From UHGV virus genome UHGV-0141727: a DNA stretch of 64,000 nucleotides; one strand, given 5' to 3'. How positions within the stretch are numbered: the stretch's first letter is position 1; every line of letters begins with the position of its first letter. This document shows positions 27,576 through 36,788 of the stretch, in pieces. Origin of the DNA: a virus. The notes beneath the pieces are model-generated. The model was not told where the DNA came from. It worked only from the letters and a program-made list of their open reading frames with translations, and made no database searches. The position numbers and the translations under genes were made by a program.

Positions 27576-28110
27576 CAGGGATAATGGCCCGGTTGGCTGC
27601 CATTTTTTCTTCTATCTCCTGAACACGCGCGTAGAGCGTCGCCTCATCAGGAAGATCGGAGTAATCAAACTTGCCATCAATTGACGCCCTTCGCTGGCGG
27701 GCAACGTTGCGGACATTGATAAGTGCTTCAAGATATTCCTCAAGCATTCCGATAATCGCAGGTGGCACTTGCCACTCATCCAGGTTGCGATCGCGGAGAT
27801 TTACAAGGTATTGCATCTTGAAAGGCCAGCGTTCAGAACCGGTAAGCTCAAGTTCGACAAAACCGGCAATCTCGTCGGCGTAAACCAGAAGTCCGTTGTG
27901 GTCAGTGACGTGGACCAGAGACAGATAATCATCCGGAACAGGGATCGCCGTACCGTCTGCTTTCTCCAGCTTTAATGCCTTCACTACTCCCGCTCTGTCC
28001 TGGTAAGTAGTCAATGCTTTGATCAGGAATGCTTTCAGTGTCTCCTCTTCCCGTACAAGAAGAGGATTGAATCGCGCTTTAACGCTTTCTAATAGTTCAG
28101 AAGGTGTCAT
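27559..28110 (-). CDS. putative head-tail connector/adaptor
   Basis: 183 aa. The N-terminus resembles gp6-like adaptor starts. Call rests on position. Confidence 0.3.
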   Translation of the reverse strand: MTPSELLESVKARFNPLLVREEETLKAFLIKALTTYQDRAGVVKALKLEKADGTAIPVPDDYLSLVHVTDHNGLLVYADEIAGFVELELTGSERWPFKMQYLVNLRDRNLDEWQVPPAIIGMLEEYLEALINVRNVARQRRASIDGKFDYSDLPDEATLYARVQEIEEKMAANRAIIPGATIF

Positions 28111-28161
28111 AGATGCTCCGGACGGAGGGGGATAACCCCGCTCTTTTGAGCGGGATCGGTA

Positions 28162-28653
28162 TTACTCAACCCAGTTGTACACAATACGCAGGGTCGGTCT
28201 GACAACCGCCGTTACATCTTCTGATGAGAAATCAACGGCATCGGAATACACTTTGCAGTGTGAGTAAGTACGTGACAGACCTTTGCTGTCACCGCTGTTA
28301 GATTCAGCGGCAGCCTGGAAAGAGATATCCAGATATTTCTTCTCATAAACCATCTCTTTGACGGCAGCGAGTACAACACCTTCAATCGTCTCCGCACAGG
28401 TAACCTGAAATTCACCTGAGTTACGCAGCGGACCGTGTTGGTTGAACTTCATACCGCCTGGTGCGTAGTCTTCTACGTCTTCACGCGTCATTTCCGGTAA
28501 CTGCGCAGTGCGGATCAGCACTGACAGATTTTCGTATCCCTTAATGGTCATCCAGTATTCAGTGCCAATTAATTTTTCGCCTGCTGCCAGGTTCTTGTTG
28601 AATCTGGCTTTCAGGAAGGCGAGATCGGCTTTTGTGTTTGAAAAACCGGCCAT
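28162..28653 (-). CDS. putative tail tube protein
   Basis: 163 aa, with size and beta-rich composition as in myovirus tube proteins. Same operon as the sheath-like gene. Confidence 0.4.
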   Translation of the reverse strand: MAGFSNTKADLAFLKARFNKNLAAGEKLIGTEYWMTIKGYENLSVLIRTAQLPEMTREDVEDYAPGGMKFNQHGPLRNSGEFQVTCAETIEGVVLAAVKEMVYEKKYLDISFQAAAESNSGDSKGLSRTYSHCKVYSDAVDFSSEDVTAVVRPTLRIVYNWVE

Positions 28654-28661
28654 AATTACTC

Positions 28662-29279
28662 CTAAACAAAAACAGATGAGATATTGCTGCGGTTAATAGA
28701 TGTGTTACCACTGCATTGCAGAGTGACCGTGTTGTGGGTGAAATAGCCTTCCGATGTGCGCGGGGCGTCAAGCTGATAGCTGACGCTTTTGATCACAACG
28801 TTCGTTAACATCACGTTTCTGCCGATATTTATCGTTACGGCTTCCGGGATTCGACCAAAAAGAGCAACGTCGTTTAGTTCTGGCGATGCCATTTTCAGCA
28901 ACGTCGTTATGGCGTCGTTTACCTCAGTTTTTGCGTTGGACATCGCTAAAAAATCCAGCACCAGGGTAAACTCCGGCGGCTGCTGCCCTTCCCACACAAG
29001 GGTGGAGTTGAGGCGGCTTTTGGTTGTGCGCCCGCTTATCACCTGTGCCACGCCAGTAAGAGCTGACGTCGCCTCGCTGATAGCGCCTAACACACTGCCC
29101 ATTGCCTTATCTTCGAACGGCGACTGCCACAGAGACGTTAATTCGGCAGAGGAACCTTCGCCGATATATCCGATGACCATATCCTCGCTTGATATGATGT
29201 ATGCTTTCATTAGCGGACTGATTCCGTCCGCAACGTTAGCGCCGCAAATCACTGCTATTTCTCCCAAACAGGCCACCAT
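28662..29279 (-). CDS. virion structural protein (unknown)
   Basis: 205 aa, tightly packed within the structural operon. Confidence 0.3.
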   Translation of the reverse strand: MVACLGEIAVICGANVADGISPLMKAYIISSEDMVIGYIGEGSSAELTSLWQSPFEDKAMGSVLGAISEATSALTGVAQVISGRTTKSRLNSTLVWEGQQPPEFTLVLDFLAMSNAKTEVNDAITTLLKMASPELNDVALFGRIPEAVTINIGRNVMLTNVVIKSVSYQLDAPRTSEGYFTHNTVTLQCSGNTSINRSNISSVFV

Positions 29280-29297
29280 TACAGGTGGCTTACATCA

Positions 29298-30044
29298 TTA
29301 CAGACCGCGTTTTTTGCGAATGCGGATAGACTTACGGCGGCGAGTGTTAGCTATCGACGTATGTGCCTTACGGCGAGCTTTTTTCAGCGCCTGCTTTTGT
29401 AAGGACGTCATGCGACGCGGGCGCGGGCGTTTGCGGATGATAGTAACCTTGCCATCACGAACGACTTTTTTGCTGACAGCTTCGAGCATTGCGGCATTGC
29501 CACCAGCAACGGTGTAAATCGCAATGGCTTCTTCCATCATTTCACTATCGCTTTCTGACAGTGCGTCAAATACGCGTTCTGCTGCCGCGTCATCTTCGTC
29601 ATCGATCATCTCGGTGACGTCGTCCTGATCAGCGCCCAGGGCCACAGCCGCGTTAGCCAACGCCGCGAGTGCGTCGTTATATGCGTCAACCTGTTCGTCG
29701 GTCAGTTCCGTGTCTTCGTCAATGTCGGCCAGGCCAGCCATTGTGATTGCCAGCGCATCAAATGAATCCGCTTCAGGGTCGCCATCTTCTACCCAGCTCG
29801 CCAGCATTGAAGCTGCCAGACTGCGGATGTCACTTAGTGCACGGGATTCCACCGCTTCCATCATTGCGGCTTCGATATCCGCGCCATCGGTTCCATTCTT
29901 GGCACTTTCCAGGATGGCGTTATCGCCACTTTCAAAACAACCAGAATCTTTGGCGCTTTCCAGTATGGCTGTATCTGCGTTACCGGCTGTTTTGCCTGCA
30001 AATAGCGCGCGCATGAATGGATCAACAACAGAATAGTTTTTCAT
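29298..30044 (-). CDS. acidic protein with highly basic C-terminal tail (structural/internal protein?)
   Basis: 248 aa. Internal repeat DTAILESAKD / DNAILESAKN. C-terminus RKRPRPRRMTSLQKQALKKARRKAHTSIANTRRRKSIRIRKKRGL. Confidence 0.3.
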   Translation of the reverse strand: MKNYSVVDPFMRALFAGKTAGNADTAILESAKDSGCFESGDNAILESAKNGTDGADIEAAMMEAVESRALSDIRSLAASMLASWVEDGDPEADSFDALAITMAGLADIDEDTELTDEQVDAYNDALAALANAAVALGADQDDVTEMIDDEDDAAAERVFDALSESDSEMMEEAIAIYTVAGGNAAMLEAVSKKVVRDGKVTIIRKRPRPRRMTSLQKQALKKARRKAHTSIANTRRRKSIRIRKKRGL

Positions 30045-30087
30045 TAGGAAACCTCATTCATCCCCGCGTTTCAGCGGGGAAGATAAA

Positions 30088-31743
30088 TCAACGCATCAGG
30101 ATTGGTTTGCCGAGGATTCGACGAGCAGTGCCTGTTGGACACACGGACCATTCCACTTCCCACAAGTCGATGTCTTTTTGAGTTACCTTGACCACATAAG
30201 GGTCAGAACCTTGAGATTCATCGCGTGGTGTAACCAGCGCACCAGCCGCATAAAAACGGTCCAGAAGATCTGTCAGTGCGTTAGTCAGACTTTCCTGCGT
30301 TACGCCATCAGGTTCATGCTTGATTGCCTGAGCAACTTCATAGAAATTGCGGGCAATTGCATTCATCAGTGATGAAACGTGCTGGAATCGCAGATAGTTA
30401 TTTTTGCTGTATGTCGTCAGGGAGTCGTCGATGTAGACAGAACCATCCGCTGCAACGCTTACTGGGTTAATACGAGCGGTCACATACGCTTCACGATCGA
30501 TTGTGCCAATCCCGGAGAGTCTGGTGATGTTCTGGCGATCAATGATTGCGCGAGACAGACCAGCCGGGGCGTAATGCCAGCCGCCTACATCAGACACAAG
30601 CGCAACGCCTTTAGCTTTTGCCACAAATGCGTCGCAACTGATTCCGTAAACCACATTCATACCGCTGAAAGTGTCACGGCATGAGTACGGGAAGTGATAA
30701 CGTGCAGCCTGGTGGGATTTGCCGAAACCATGTGATTTAGCTTCCGCGATAGCGTTATCACCAGTCTGAGCACATTTCAGGTCGTAGAACATATCCACGC
30801 GAACGTCTTCTGCCAGCGAATTAATTTTTGCCAGCACGGATGCGTCGTAGCAGCCCATAGAAAGCAGCGCGGTATAATTAACTTCTGACGCTTCGAGAAC
30901 CTCTAACGCTTTCAGATAATCATCAGTGTCAATTGAGGACAGATCGCCATCTGTACCGCCTTCAAACGCTACATCTTCGAAAGTCAGCAAGTGAGCGGAG
31001 TCTTCGGCACCATCAGCCAGTACAGCTCCAAGCCTGGTGGACTGACTTTCTAACAACGCAGGAATCCATGCTGGCTGGCCCATATCGTTCGTTGCATCCG
31101 GATCGAAAGAAACCTGGTAGCTTTCCAGCGTTTCTACAGAACCATCGGTCTGTGTCTCTTTCAGTTCCAGAGTGAACAGGTCATTTTCTTCGTCCTCACG
31201 GGTCAGTGATAACGTGCGGTTTGTCGAAGCATCACCGTCCTTTATGTAGAAAATAGCCAGTTCACTGCCGGAAATTTCAGGTGTTTCGCTTGCAGCGAAA
31301 GTTACCGGAGAAGTGGCTCCAGAAACGGCACGAACGGTCAGTGTATCGCCGATATTTACCGTTGCTTCGGTCGGAGCAATTTGCAGAGTTTTTGCTGACT
31401 TGGTGCTTTTCGACCTGGCCTGAACAGAAACGGCAATGCCCGGTACTTTCATGTCTTTTGCGCATACGCGAACCACATAACCGGTGCCGCCTTTTACTGC
31501 GCGTTCAACGTGGCGATATGGTTCAAATGCGGCCCCGGTGCGCGGGTGAAGAGGTGAACCTAACACGCTCTGATAGTTGGCTGCTGTAACCTGCAAAACC
31601 TTGCCTGGTGCCCCTCTGCGGGAAATAACCAACCCGGCAAAGACGGAAGCACCGCCAGATGTGTTGGACAGGGTAGCATCGGCATTTACGTCCGCTACCG
31701 CAACGCCCGCCGCCTGACCAACAGAAAAACCAATTTTATTCAT
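30088..31743 (-). CDS. tail sheath protein (P1 gp22 position)
   Basis: 551 aa. Size and position between the capsid and tube-like genes. Preceded by an SD (AAAGAGGAAAAG). Confidence 0.55.
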   Translation of the reverse strand: MNKIGFSVGQAAGVAVADVNADATLSNTSGGASVFAGLVISRRGAPGKVLQVTAANYQSVLGSPLHPRTGAAFEPYRHVERAVKGGTGYVVRVCAKDMKVPGIAVSVQARSKSTKSAKTLQIAPTEATVNIGDTLTVRAVSGATSPVTFAASETPEISGSELAIFYIKDGDASTNRTLSLTREDEENDLFTLELKETQTDGSVETLESYQVSFDPDATNDMGQPAWIPALLESQSTRLGAVLADGAEDSAHLLTFEDVAFEGGTDGDLSSIDTDDYLKALEVLEASEVNYTALLSMGCYDASVLAKINSLAEDVRVDMFYDLKCAQTGDNAIAEAKSHGFGKSHQAARYHFPYSCRDTFSGMNVVYGISCDAFVAKAKGVALVSDVGGWHYAPAGLSRAIIDRQNITRLSGIGTIDREAYVTARINPVSVAADGSVYIDDSLTTYSKNNYLRFQHVSSLMNAIARNFYEVAQAIKHEPDGVTQESLTNALTDLLDRFYAAGALVTPRDESQGSDPYVVKVTQKDIDLWEVEWSVCPTGTARRILGKPILMR

Positions 31744-31808
31744 GCTGCTCTTTTCCTCTTTATCGAGCGGATTAGAGAAGTCTCCCCATTTGCATGGGGA
31801 GACTTTTA

Positions 31809-32087
31809 TCAGGCTTCGCCGACCGTGAAGCTGTCACCTACCGTCACTTCTTTGGTTGACGGTTCAACGCTGACGGCGCTTACGCTCTTTGGGGCTTCAT
31901 TAACCGTTACGGTGCATGTTGCCGTTTTATTGCCATCGGTGGTTTTGATAGTGAGCACTGCCTGACCTGCTTTAAGTGCGGTACAGGTTTTGCCATCTAC
32001 GCTCACAATTTCCGGATGATCTGACTCGATAGTGAAAGATTTATCTGTCGCATCGGAAGGTGTAATAGTTACCTGAATATCAGCCAT
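31809..32087 (-). CDS. Ig-like (Big_2) domain protein, possible capsid decoration
   Basis: ORF 31809..32099; GGAGG SD favours MADIQ at 32087. VTITPSDATDK...VSVDGKTCTALKAGQAVLTIKTTDGNKTATCTVTV is Big_2-like but lacks the first strands. Confidence 0.6.
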   Translation of the reverse strand: MADIQVTITPSDATDKSFTIESDHPEIVSVDGKTCTALKAGQAVLTIKTTDGNKTATCTVTVNEAPKSVSAVSVEPSTKEVTVGDSFTVGEA

Positions 32088-32124
32088 TTTTTCCTCCATA
32101 TAGCCCCTTATTCAGGGGCTGGTC

Positions 32125-32238
32125 TTACTTCTTTTTGGGTGTTTTTCGTGTCTTTGAAGTGCTCGCGGCGATAGTTTCACCTTCGTTTACTTCAATTGCC
32201 GTTGGTGAAACTGACACGTTCGCCACTGCTACTTTTTT
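32125..32238 (-). other. candidate -1 programmed frameshift site plus 35-codon extension at the capsid gene end
   Basis: mRNA reads GA-A_AAA_AAG-UAG, with the heptamer at 32238-32232 directly before the stop. The -1 frame is open to 32125 and encodes VAVANVSVSPTAIEVNEGETIAAS..., which resembles Big_2 N-terminal strands. Confidence 0.35.
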
Positions 32239-33926
32239 TCGTTGATTTGCCCGCTCAACATGTCAATCGCACCTTCTTTCGAACGTGTCAGGCGAAGGCG
32301 AGTGAAATAGTTCTCACCGTTGCGCGGATGCACATCGTTGATTGCTTTGCCCCAAAAAGTGGTGCGGTTCACTAGGGCTGGATTTGTTTCGTGGACATAC
32401 GGAATAGCAGGCACAGCATCACCTGCGACCAGGCCTGCTTTACCAATGCCTTCGCCACGACCATAGAAATAGATGTCGTCCAGGCCGAAGTCGTAGCCAT
32501 ATTTCTGGAATTGTTTGCAGATAGGCTTCGGCACTTCGTAGATACGAATGGAACCAAACAGGGTGCCGATGTATTGAATGTACGGCGACTGTACATAGCC
32601 CGGTGCCAACTGGAAGTGCTGCGGCGGTAAGGAACGCAGGAAGTTAGCAGCATCGCCACCAGCAAAGCCACCACGGATACCGGTGGTCAGGGTGCGGTCA
32701 GCCATCTCCTGTGACAGCGCGTTCACAACATGGCGAATTAAACCAACCCACGACTCGTAGTTCTGCGCTTCTGGCAGTGCCACATCAAATTCACGACCGT
32801 AAACGGTGTGGAATACCAGAGTGCGCAGGCGCATCATATCGATTTCGTGGGAAATCCAGTTGCGCATTGCAGAGAATTGCAATGCTGCCAGTTCGAGTCC
32901 GTGTTCACGGCTCAGGTCAGATGCAGCCATAACCGTATGTTCGGATGCGATCACGTACTCCGACGGGCGCAGGGCGTAATTGCGCATGGACTGGTTAATG
33001 ACTGGTATCAGGTTCGGATTGCGTTCAATGTTGATTTCAACCTGAACAGCGATTTCAGTGCCTTCTGCTGGTGCTTCATTAAAGGTGATATCGATAACGC
33101 CGGTATCGTATCGAACCTTTGCCGTCACAGAGAAAGAGTTGCCGTTGACGTCTTTGTCGTTGAAATACAGGTTGCCGTCACCATCATCTACTTTGGACGG
33201 TTTGCGGTTAATCAGCAGTTTGTTGTAGCCCTGGCGCAGCGGGCAGGCCTGGCCTTCGAAGTTCTGGATATCAAACTGGAAGGTGGTTTTTCTGCCATCG
33301 CCTTTTTCGGTCAGGATGTACAGGCGTTTCATCTGCGAATACACGCCAGCAGACTGCATGTTCAGTTCATCGCCCTGCTCGAATGTACCGAATTTTGTAC
33401 CAGCAACGTTGGTCAGCTCGTAAATATTGGTTTCATCACGATCACAAGGGATAAACGTACATGCGTCGCTGGTGGCTGCGCCGAGAGAAGCAGGCAGGAT
33501 CAGTGCGGCATATTGTGCAACCTTCATTACACCATCGGAGGTGCGCATGTCCTTGGCTACTGATTCAAACATGGCTTTGCCAGCGCCTTCATGCGTCTCT
33601 TTAGCGGACTCCATCATCAGGCGCTCAAGTGCCACATGGGCGTTGGCTAATACATCGCTTGCCGGATAATGCCCATACTGGCGTTTGTATTCATGAATAG
33701 ACATGGCCCAGCTACCAATGATCTGGCGAGCTGCTTCTGGTTCAACGCCTTCAAACATAGGCTCTTTCTGGATAGCTTTTTCCAGGTTAGCCATCATCAC
33801 TTCGTTGTCGGCAATCATGTTACCGGCAGCATCAGTGGTTGGATCGACGGTCATAGCCATGACGCTTGCCGCCCGATTCATAATCTCGCGCTCGCGCTTA
33901 CGAGCTGGCTCAATGTTCTTGTTCAC
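32229..33926 (-). CDS. major capsid protein (P1 gp23 position)
   Basis: 565 aa, GTG start. Size and placement next to the sheath gene as in P1 (22, 23). Confidence 0.6.
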   Translation of the reverse strand: MNKNIEPARKREREIMNRAASVMAMTVDPTTDAAGNMIADNEVMMANLEKAIQKEPMFEGVEPEAARQIIGSWAMSIHEYKRQYGHYPASDVLANAHVALERLMMESAKETHEGAGKAMFESVAKDMRTSDGVMKVAQYAALILPASLGAATSDACTFIPCDRDETNIYELTNVAGTKFGTFEQGDELNMQSAGVYSQMKRLYILTEKGDGRKTTFQFDIQNFEGQACPLRQGYNKLLINRKPSKVDDGDGNLYFNDKDVNGNSFSVTAKVRYDTGVIDITFNEAPAEGTEIAVQVEINIERNPNLIPVINQSMRNYALRPSEYVIASEHTVMAASDLSREHGLELAALQFSAMRNWISHEIDMMRLRTLVFHTVYGREFDVALPEAQNYESWVGLIRHVVNALSQEMADRTLTTGIRGGFAGGDAANFLRSLPPQHFQLAPGYVQSPYIQYIGTLFGSIRIYEVPKPICKQFQKYGYDFGLDDIYFYGRGEGIGKAGLVAGDAVPAIPYVHETNPALVNRTTFWGKAINDVHPRNGENYFTRLRLTRSKEGAIDMLSGQINEKK

Positions 33927-34004
33927 GGTTAAACCCTAAATTCGGGCGCGGCGTGAAGATTCTTTTGACGAGGTGACAATACTCACTTTGTTATTTAGTC
34001 AATA

Positions 34005-34070
34005 GCATTAGAAAAATAATTTTCGTTAACAATCTTGTGTTAGTATGGTTTAATCTTAATTTTCTAACAT
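34005..34070. promoter_or_regulatory. double operator region between capsid gene and plus-strand operon
   Basis: GCATTAGAAAAAT at 34005-34017, plus the palindrome GTGTTAGTATGG-N10-ATTTTCTAACAT at 34037-34070. Confidence 0.55.
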
Positions 34071-34084
34071 AAAACATTAGAACA

Positions 34085-34477
34085 ATGGCGTACAAGATCT
34101 TCGTTTCATACAAAAATGGTGCTAAAAGCCATTCTCTGAACACAAGCAGCAGATGCCTTGTAGAAGCTCAACTGTCATCAATCCTTACTGAAAGAGACAT
34201 TCTTTCCTTGGCTGAACGAATCGTGATTCTCCATTCAGGTAAGGCTATTCTTAATGTTCCTGCGCTTACCCCGCCTTCTGACGTTTTGGCATCTGTTAAG
34301 TGGCCTCAAATCGGCACACCTGTAAGAGTGGAAGATCCTGTAACCACCACTCTTTATATGCCGAAGTCAGTAAGGGATTGGCTTGCTGCGGTTGGTAATG
34401 GGAAGGTCAGCGCGGGGCTTCGGAAGTTAGTGGAAATGGCTGATATTCCGGAGCTGAAAAATGCATGGAGACAGTGA
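34085..34477 (+). CDS. small protein with C-terminal ribbon-helix-helix-like segment (candidate regulator)
   Basis: 130 aa. TTLYMPKSVRDWLAAVGNGKVSAGLRKLVEMA has a strand-helix-helix pattern. No SD, and the ATG is close to the predicted transcription start. Confidence 0.35.
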   Translation: MAYKIFVSYKNGAKSHSLNTSSRCLVEAQLSSILTERDILSLAERIVILHSGKAILNVPALTPPSDVLASVKWPQIGTPVRVEDPVTTTLYMPKSVRDWLAAVGNGKVSAGLRKLVEMADIPELKNAWRQ

Positions 34478-34947
34478 GCAGAGGACACATGAGTCACGCG
34501 AACCCATCGAAAACACAATATCGTTTAATGCTGGCTATCGCGTCAGCTATACCAACCAGCCTGAATCCACCCGCTGGCTATCCCGCTATTGTTGATGATT
34601 GTTTTCAGTATTACGGAGAAGACATCCTGAGCCAGTCCAAAGCGCTCAAGCAGTTATGTAAGGCAGGTATTCTTCACTGTATCGGAGATCCGGACGATTT
34701 TGTTGTTATGCTGGCGGATCGTGACTCTTTTCTGCTGTCATGGAAAGCCGGGGCGCGCGAAGCGCGTTTGGGCAATGGTATTGGCTACATCGACTATAGC
34801 GATTGTCCGCTGGCATTTGCTGGTGGATATATGCATTGGCATGAGCGAAATAGAGGCCGTCAGCGCCAGTATCGCTTGAGTGACTTTAACGTCTGTCACG
34901 GTTTCGAAGAAGCTGACAGCCAGGACATCTGGCTTCAGGAGCCTTAA
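34465..34947 (+). CDS. hypothetical protein
   Basis: 160-aa ORF. AGAGGA SD favours the internal ATG at 34489. Possible wHTH-like SKALKQLCKAGILHCIG. Confidence 0.45.
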   Translation: METVSRGHMSHANPSKTQYRLMLAIASAIPTSLNPPAGYPAIVDDCFQYYGEDILSQSKALKQLCKAGILHCIGDPDDFVVMLADRDSFLLSWKAGAREARLGNGIGYIDYSDCPLAFAGGYMHWHERNRGRQRQYRLSDFNVCHGFEEADSQDIWLQEP

Positions 34948-35267
34948 CCCCCCTTCCCTTCCCAAATCTCCCTATTCCTTTGGTTATTCAGTACGTTTCG
35001 TTGGTTGCATTCATCGATAGTGCTGAATAACTGTTCAGTGTATGCCGGATACTTGTTTAACAGCACAGGCGTGTCCTCTGGCACTATGCAAGGGGTATAA
35101 TCAATCAGATTTCCCTGCGGTTTGCTGGTGGCTTCTACGGTAATTTGCATTGGCACGCTGATTGATTTCTTTTGCCCGTTCCCGCTGCATCCTGATAACG
35201 TCATCAGGCACACGCACATCATTAACCCCAGCATTGCGTAAAGCAGTTTCAAGACGAGTAATTTCAT
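34944..35267 (-). CDS. o-spanin (outer-membrane lipoprotein, Rz1-like)
   Basis: Signal peptide with lipobox LSGC. Starts inside the i-spanin gene in another frame and extends beyond it (overlapped architecture). Confidence 0.7.
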   Translation of the reverse strand: MKLLVLKLLYAMLGLMMCVCLMTLSGCSGNGQKKSISVPMQITVEATSKPQGNLIDYTPCIVPEDTPVLLNKYPAYTEQLFSTIDECNQRNVLNNQRNREIWEGKGG

Positions 35268-35559
35268 TCTGGCTTTCCTCCCGTTGTTTGATCAGGCTGG
35301 TATTCAGTTCTGCTGTTTTGCGCTGGTACTCCTTCTCCAGTGTTTTAATTCTTTCGTTTTCAGCCATCATGGCAGATCGCGATTTTTCACTTAACTGCAA
35401 TGCGGTAGAAAGCGTGTTGTTCTCGCTTTCAAGTTGTGATTTTGAGTCTTCCAGGGAACGGATATACCTGATGTGATCGATAACTGCCGCCGTAGTACGG
35501 TAAATTCCATAAATGGCTAAAAGCGCAACTACTATCAAAATTATCTTTTTCAAAACCAT
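35101..35559 (-). CDS. i-spanin (Rz-like)
   Basis: 152 aa. N-terminal TM KKIILIVVALLAIYGIY, then a coiled-coil periplasmic domain. Confidence 0.7.
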   Translation of the reverse strand: MVLKKIILIVVALLAIYGIYRTTAAVIDHIRYIRSLEDSKSQLESENNTLSTALQLSEKSRSAMMAENERIKTLEKEYQRKTAELNTSLIKQREESQNEITRLETALRNAGVNDVRVPDDVIRMQRERAKEINQRANANYRRSHQQTAGKSD

Positions 35560-35629
35560 CCTCTTCAGATTTTTTGTTGGTGTGATATGTGTACCAATTT
35601 GTAACCATTTATGGGCTTAAATGGTGTGG

Positions 35630-36424
35630 TTATGGTTCCTTTTTAGTGTTGCTTTGGAGCGCATCGATTACACCTTGTGGCATGATCAAACTGATTGCCG
35701 GACTCATTACTTCATCGCCCAGTAGAGAACCGGTTAACGTAATAGCTACAGCATTTTCCAGTCCCTGTTTGGCTTTTCCGGTAGAGTCCTTAACTTGCTG
35801 TGCAAGTGTTGAGAGACTACTGCTCGTGTTGTTTATTGCATTTATTTGTTCTGTTGCTGCTTCCACAGCGTCTTTTAGTGCTTTGATCTCTTCTTCTGTT
35901 AGTGCTGGTTGCTGTGTTGTTCCGGTGGAACTTCCGTTGCCTGAAGCCTCCTCGCTTGACGCCTGAACTTTTGCATTTATAGCGGTCATAGCTGAAGTGA
36001 TTGGCACCAGTTCAAATGCTGCCAACGCGTCAATAAGCGATTGCGGATGCAGGGTATCTCCCATAACTGTTACGAGAGCAAATTCTGGCGCAGGAGATAA
36101 CTCATTACCTTTGACGTAACATTCCCAGCCAATTTTCATCTGAAGTAATTCAGTTGGCGAAGTATACGGAGACAGCGAGTCGGCTAAATGGGTTGCTTCT
36201 GCACTGACAGTTTTCAGTTGTTCTGAAAAGACAGAAAGCTGATTGACCCATGAAACCACCGACGCCGGGTATGCTTTATCCTTCAGGATAAGAGCCTGGA
36301 TATTCTCTTCCAGAGAACTGGCATTGGATGACGCTGTTTTACTTAGCGTGATAGATGCAGGCGTAGTTGTGCCTGATGCATTTAGAATTTTGAATGCGTT
36401 AACTTCAGCGATTGAATCAAGCAT
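35630..36424 (-). CDS. hypothetical protein downstream of PAAR gene
   Basis: 264 aa, Ser/Thr/Ala-rich. Its start overlaps the PAAR stop. Confidence 0.35.
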   Translation of the reverse strand: MLDSIAEVNAFKILNASGTTTPASITLSKTASSNASSLEENIQALILKDKAYPASVVSWVNQLSVFSEQLKTVSAEATHLADSLSPYTSPTELLQMKIGWECYVKGNELSPAPEFALVTVMGDTLHPQSLIDALAAFELVPITSAMTAINAKVQASSEEASGNGSSTGTTQQPALTEEEIKALKDAVEAATEQINAINNTSSSLSTLAQQVKDSTGKAKQGLENAVAITLTGSLLGDEVMSPAISLIMPQGVIDALQSNTKKEP

Positions 36425-36708
36425 TATGACACCTGAAAAATTGCCTCACCATTAGCGATGACTGAGCCACAAGAAAGGGGATCTCCCACACAAACAACTC
36501 CTTTCCCGCCTATTACAAACCATGAGCGCGTCGATACGGCTGATCCGGGGTGCGCGCTATTTCCGTCTGTATGGCTGGGGAACGCTCCCCCATCTACAAC
36601 CACTGGCTTTCCATTTACGGTAAACCAGGAAACTGTTTCTGCTACAGGTCGCGGAGGGAATCCTCCATGACCAGAACAAACTGTGTCACTGGTCGCAATT
36701 GCACTCAT
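36424..36708 (-). CDS. PAAR-like spike-tip protein
   Basis: 94 aa. CSGHGGFPPR..., HTDGNSAHPG and GDPLSCGS resemble PAAR repeat motifs. Strong AGGAGG SD. Confidence 0.7.
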   Translation of the reverse strand: MSAIATSDTVCSGHGGFPPRPVAETVSWFTVNGKPVVVDGGAFPSHTDGNSAHPGSAVSTRSWFVIGGKGVVCVGDPLSCGSVIANGEAIFQVS

Positions 36709-36788
36709 CTAACACCTCCTTTTTCTTAAATCTTCTCCACTTTGTGATTTTCACTCTTCAGATTTCTTACTTCTCATATTTGTCTCTG

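Noticed and set aside
28789-29517. 242-aa plus-strand ORF
   Set aside because: It is antisense to two tightly packed structural genes, lacks an SD, and has Ser/Arg-rich composition typical of a shadow frame.
32808-33563. 251-aa plus-strand ORF
   Set aside because: It is antisense to the major capsid gene and has no start context.
33976-34002. TTGACT-N15-TATTGT as the capsid gene promoter
   Set aside because: A 15-nt spacer is suboptimal. Late genes of P1-like phages use an activator-dependent promoter type that I cannot define from this sequence, so it is not reported as a feature.
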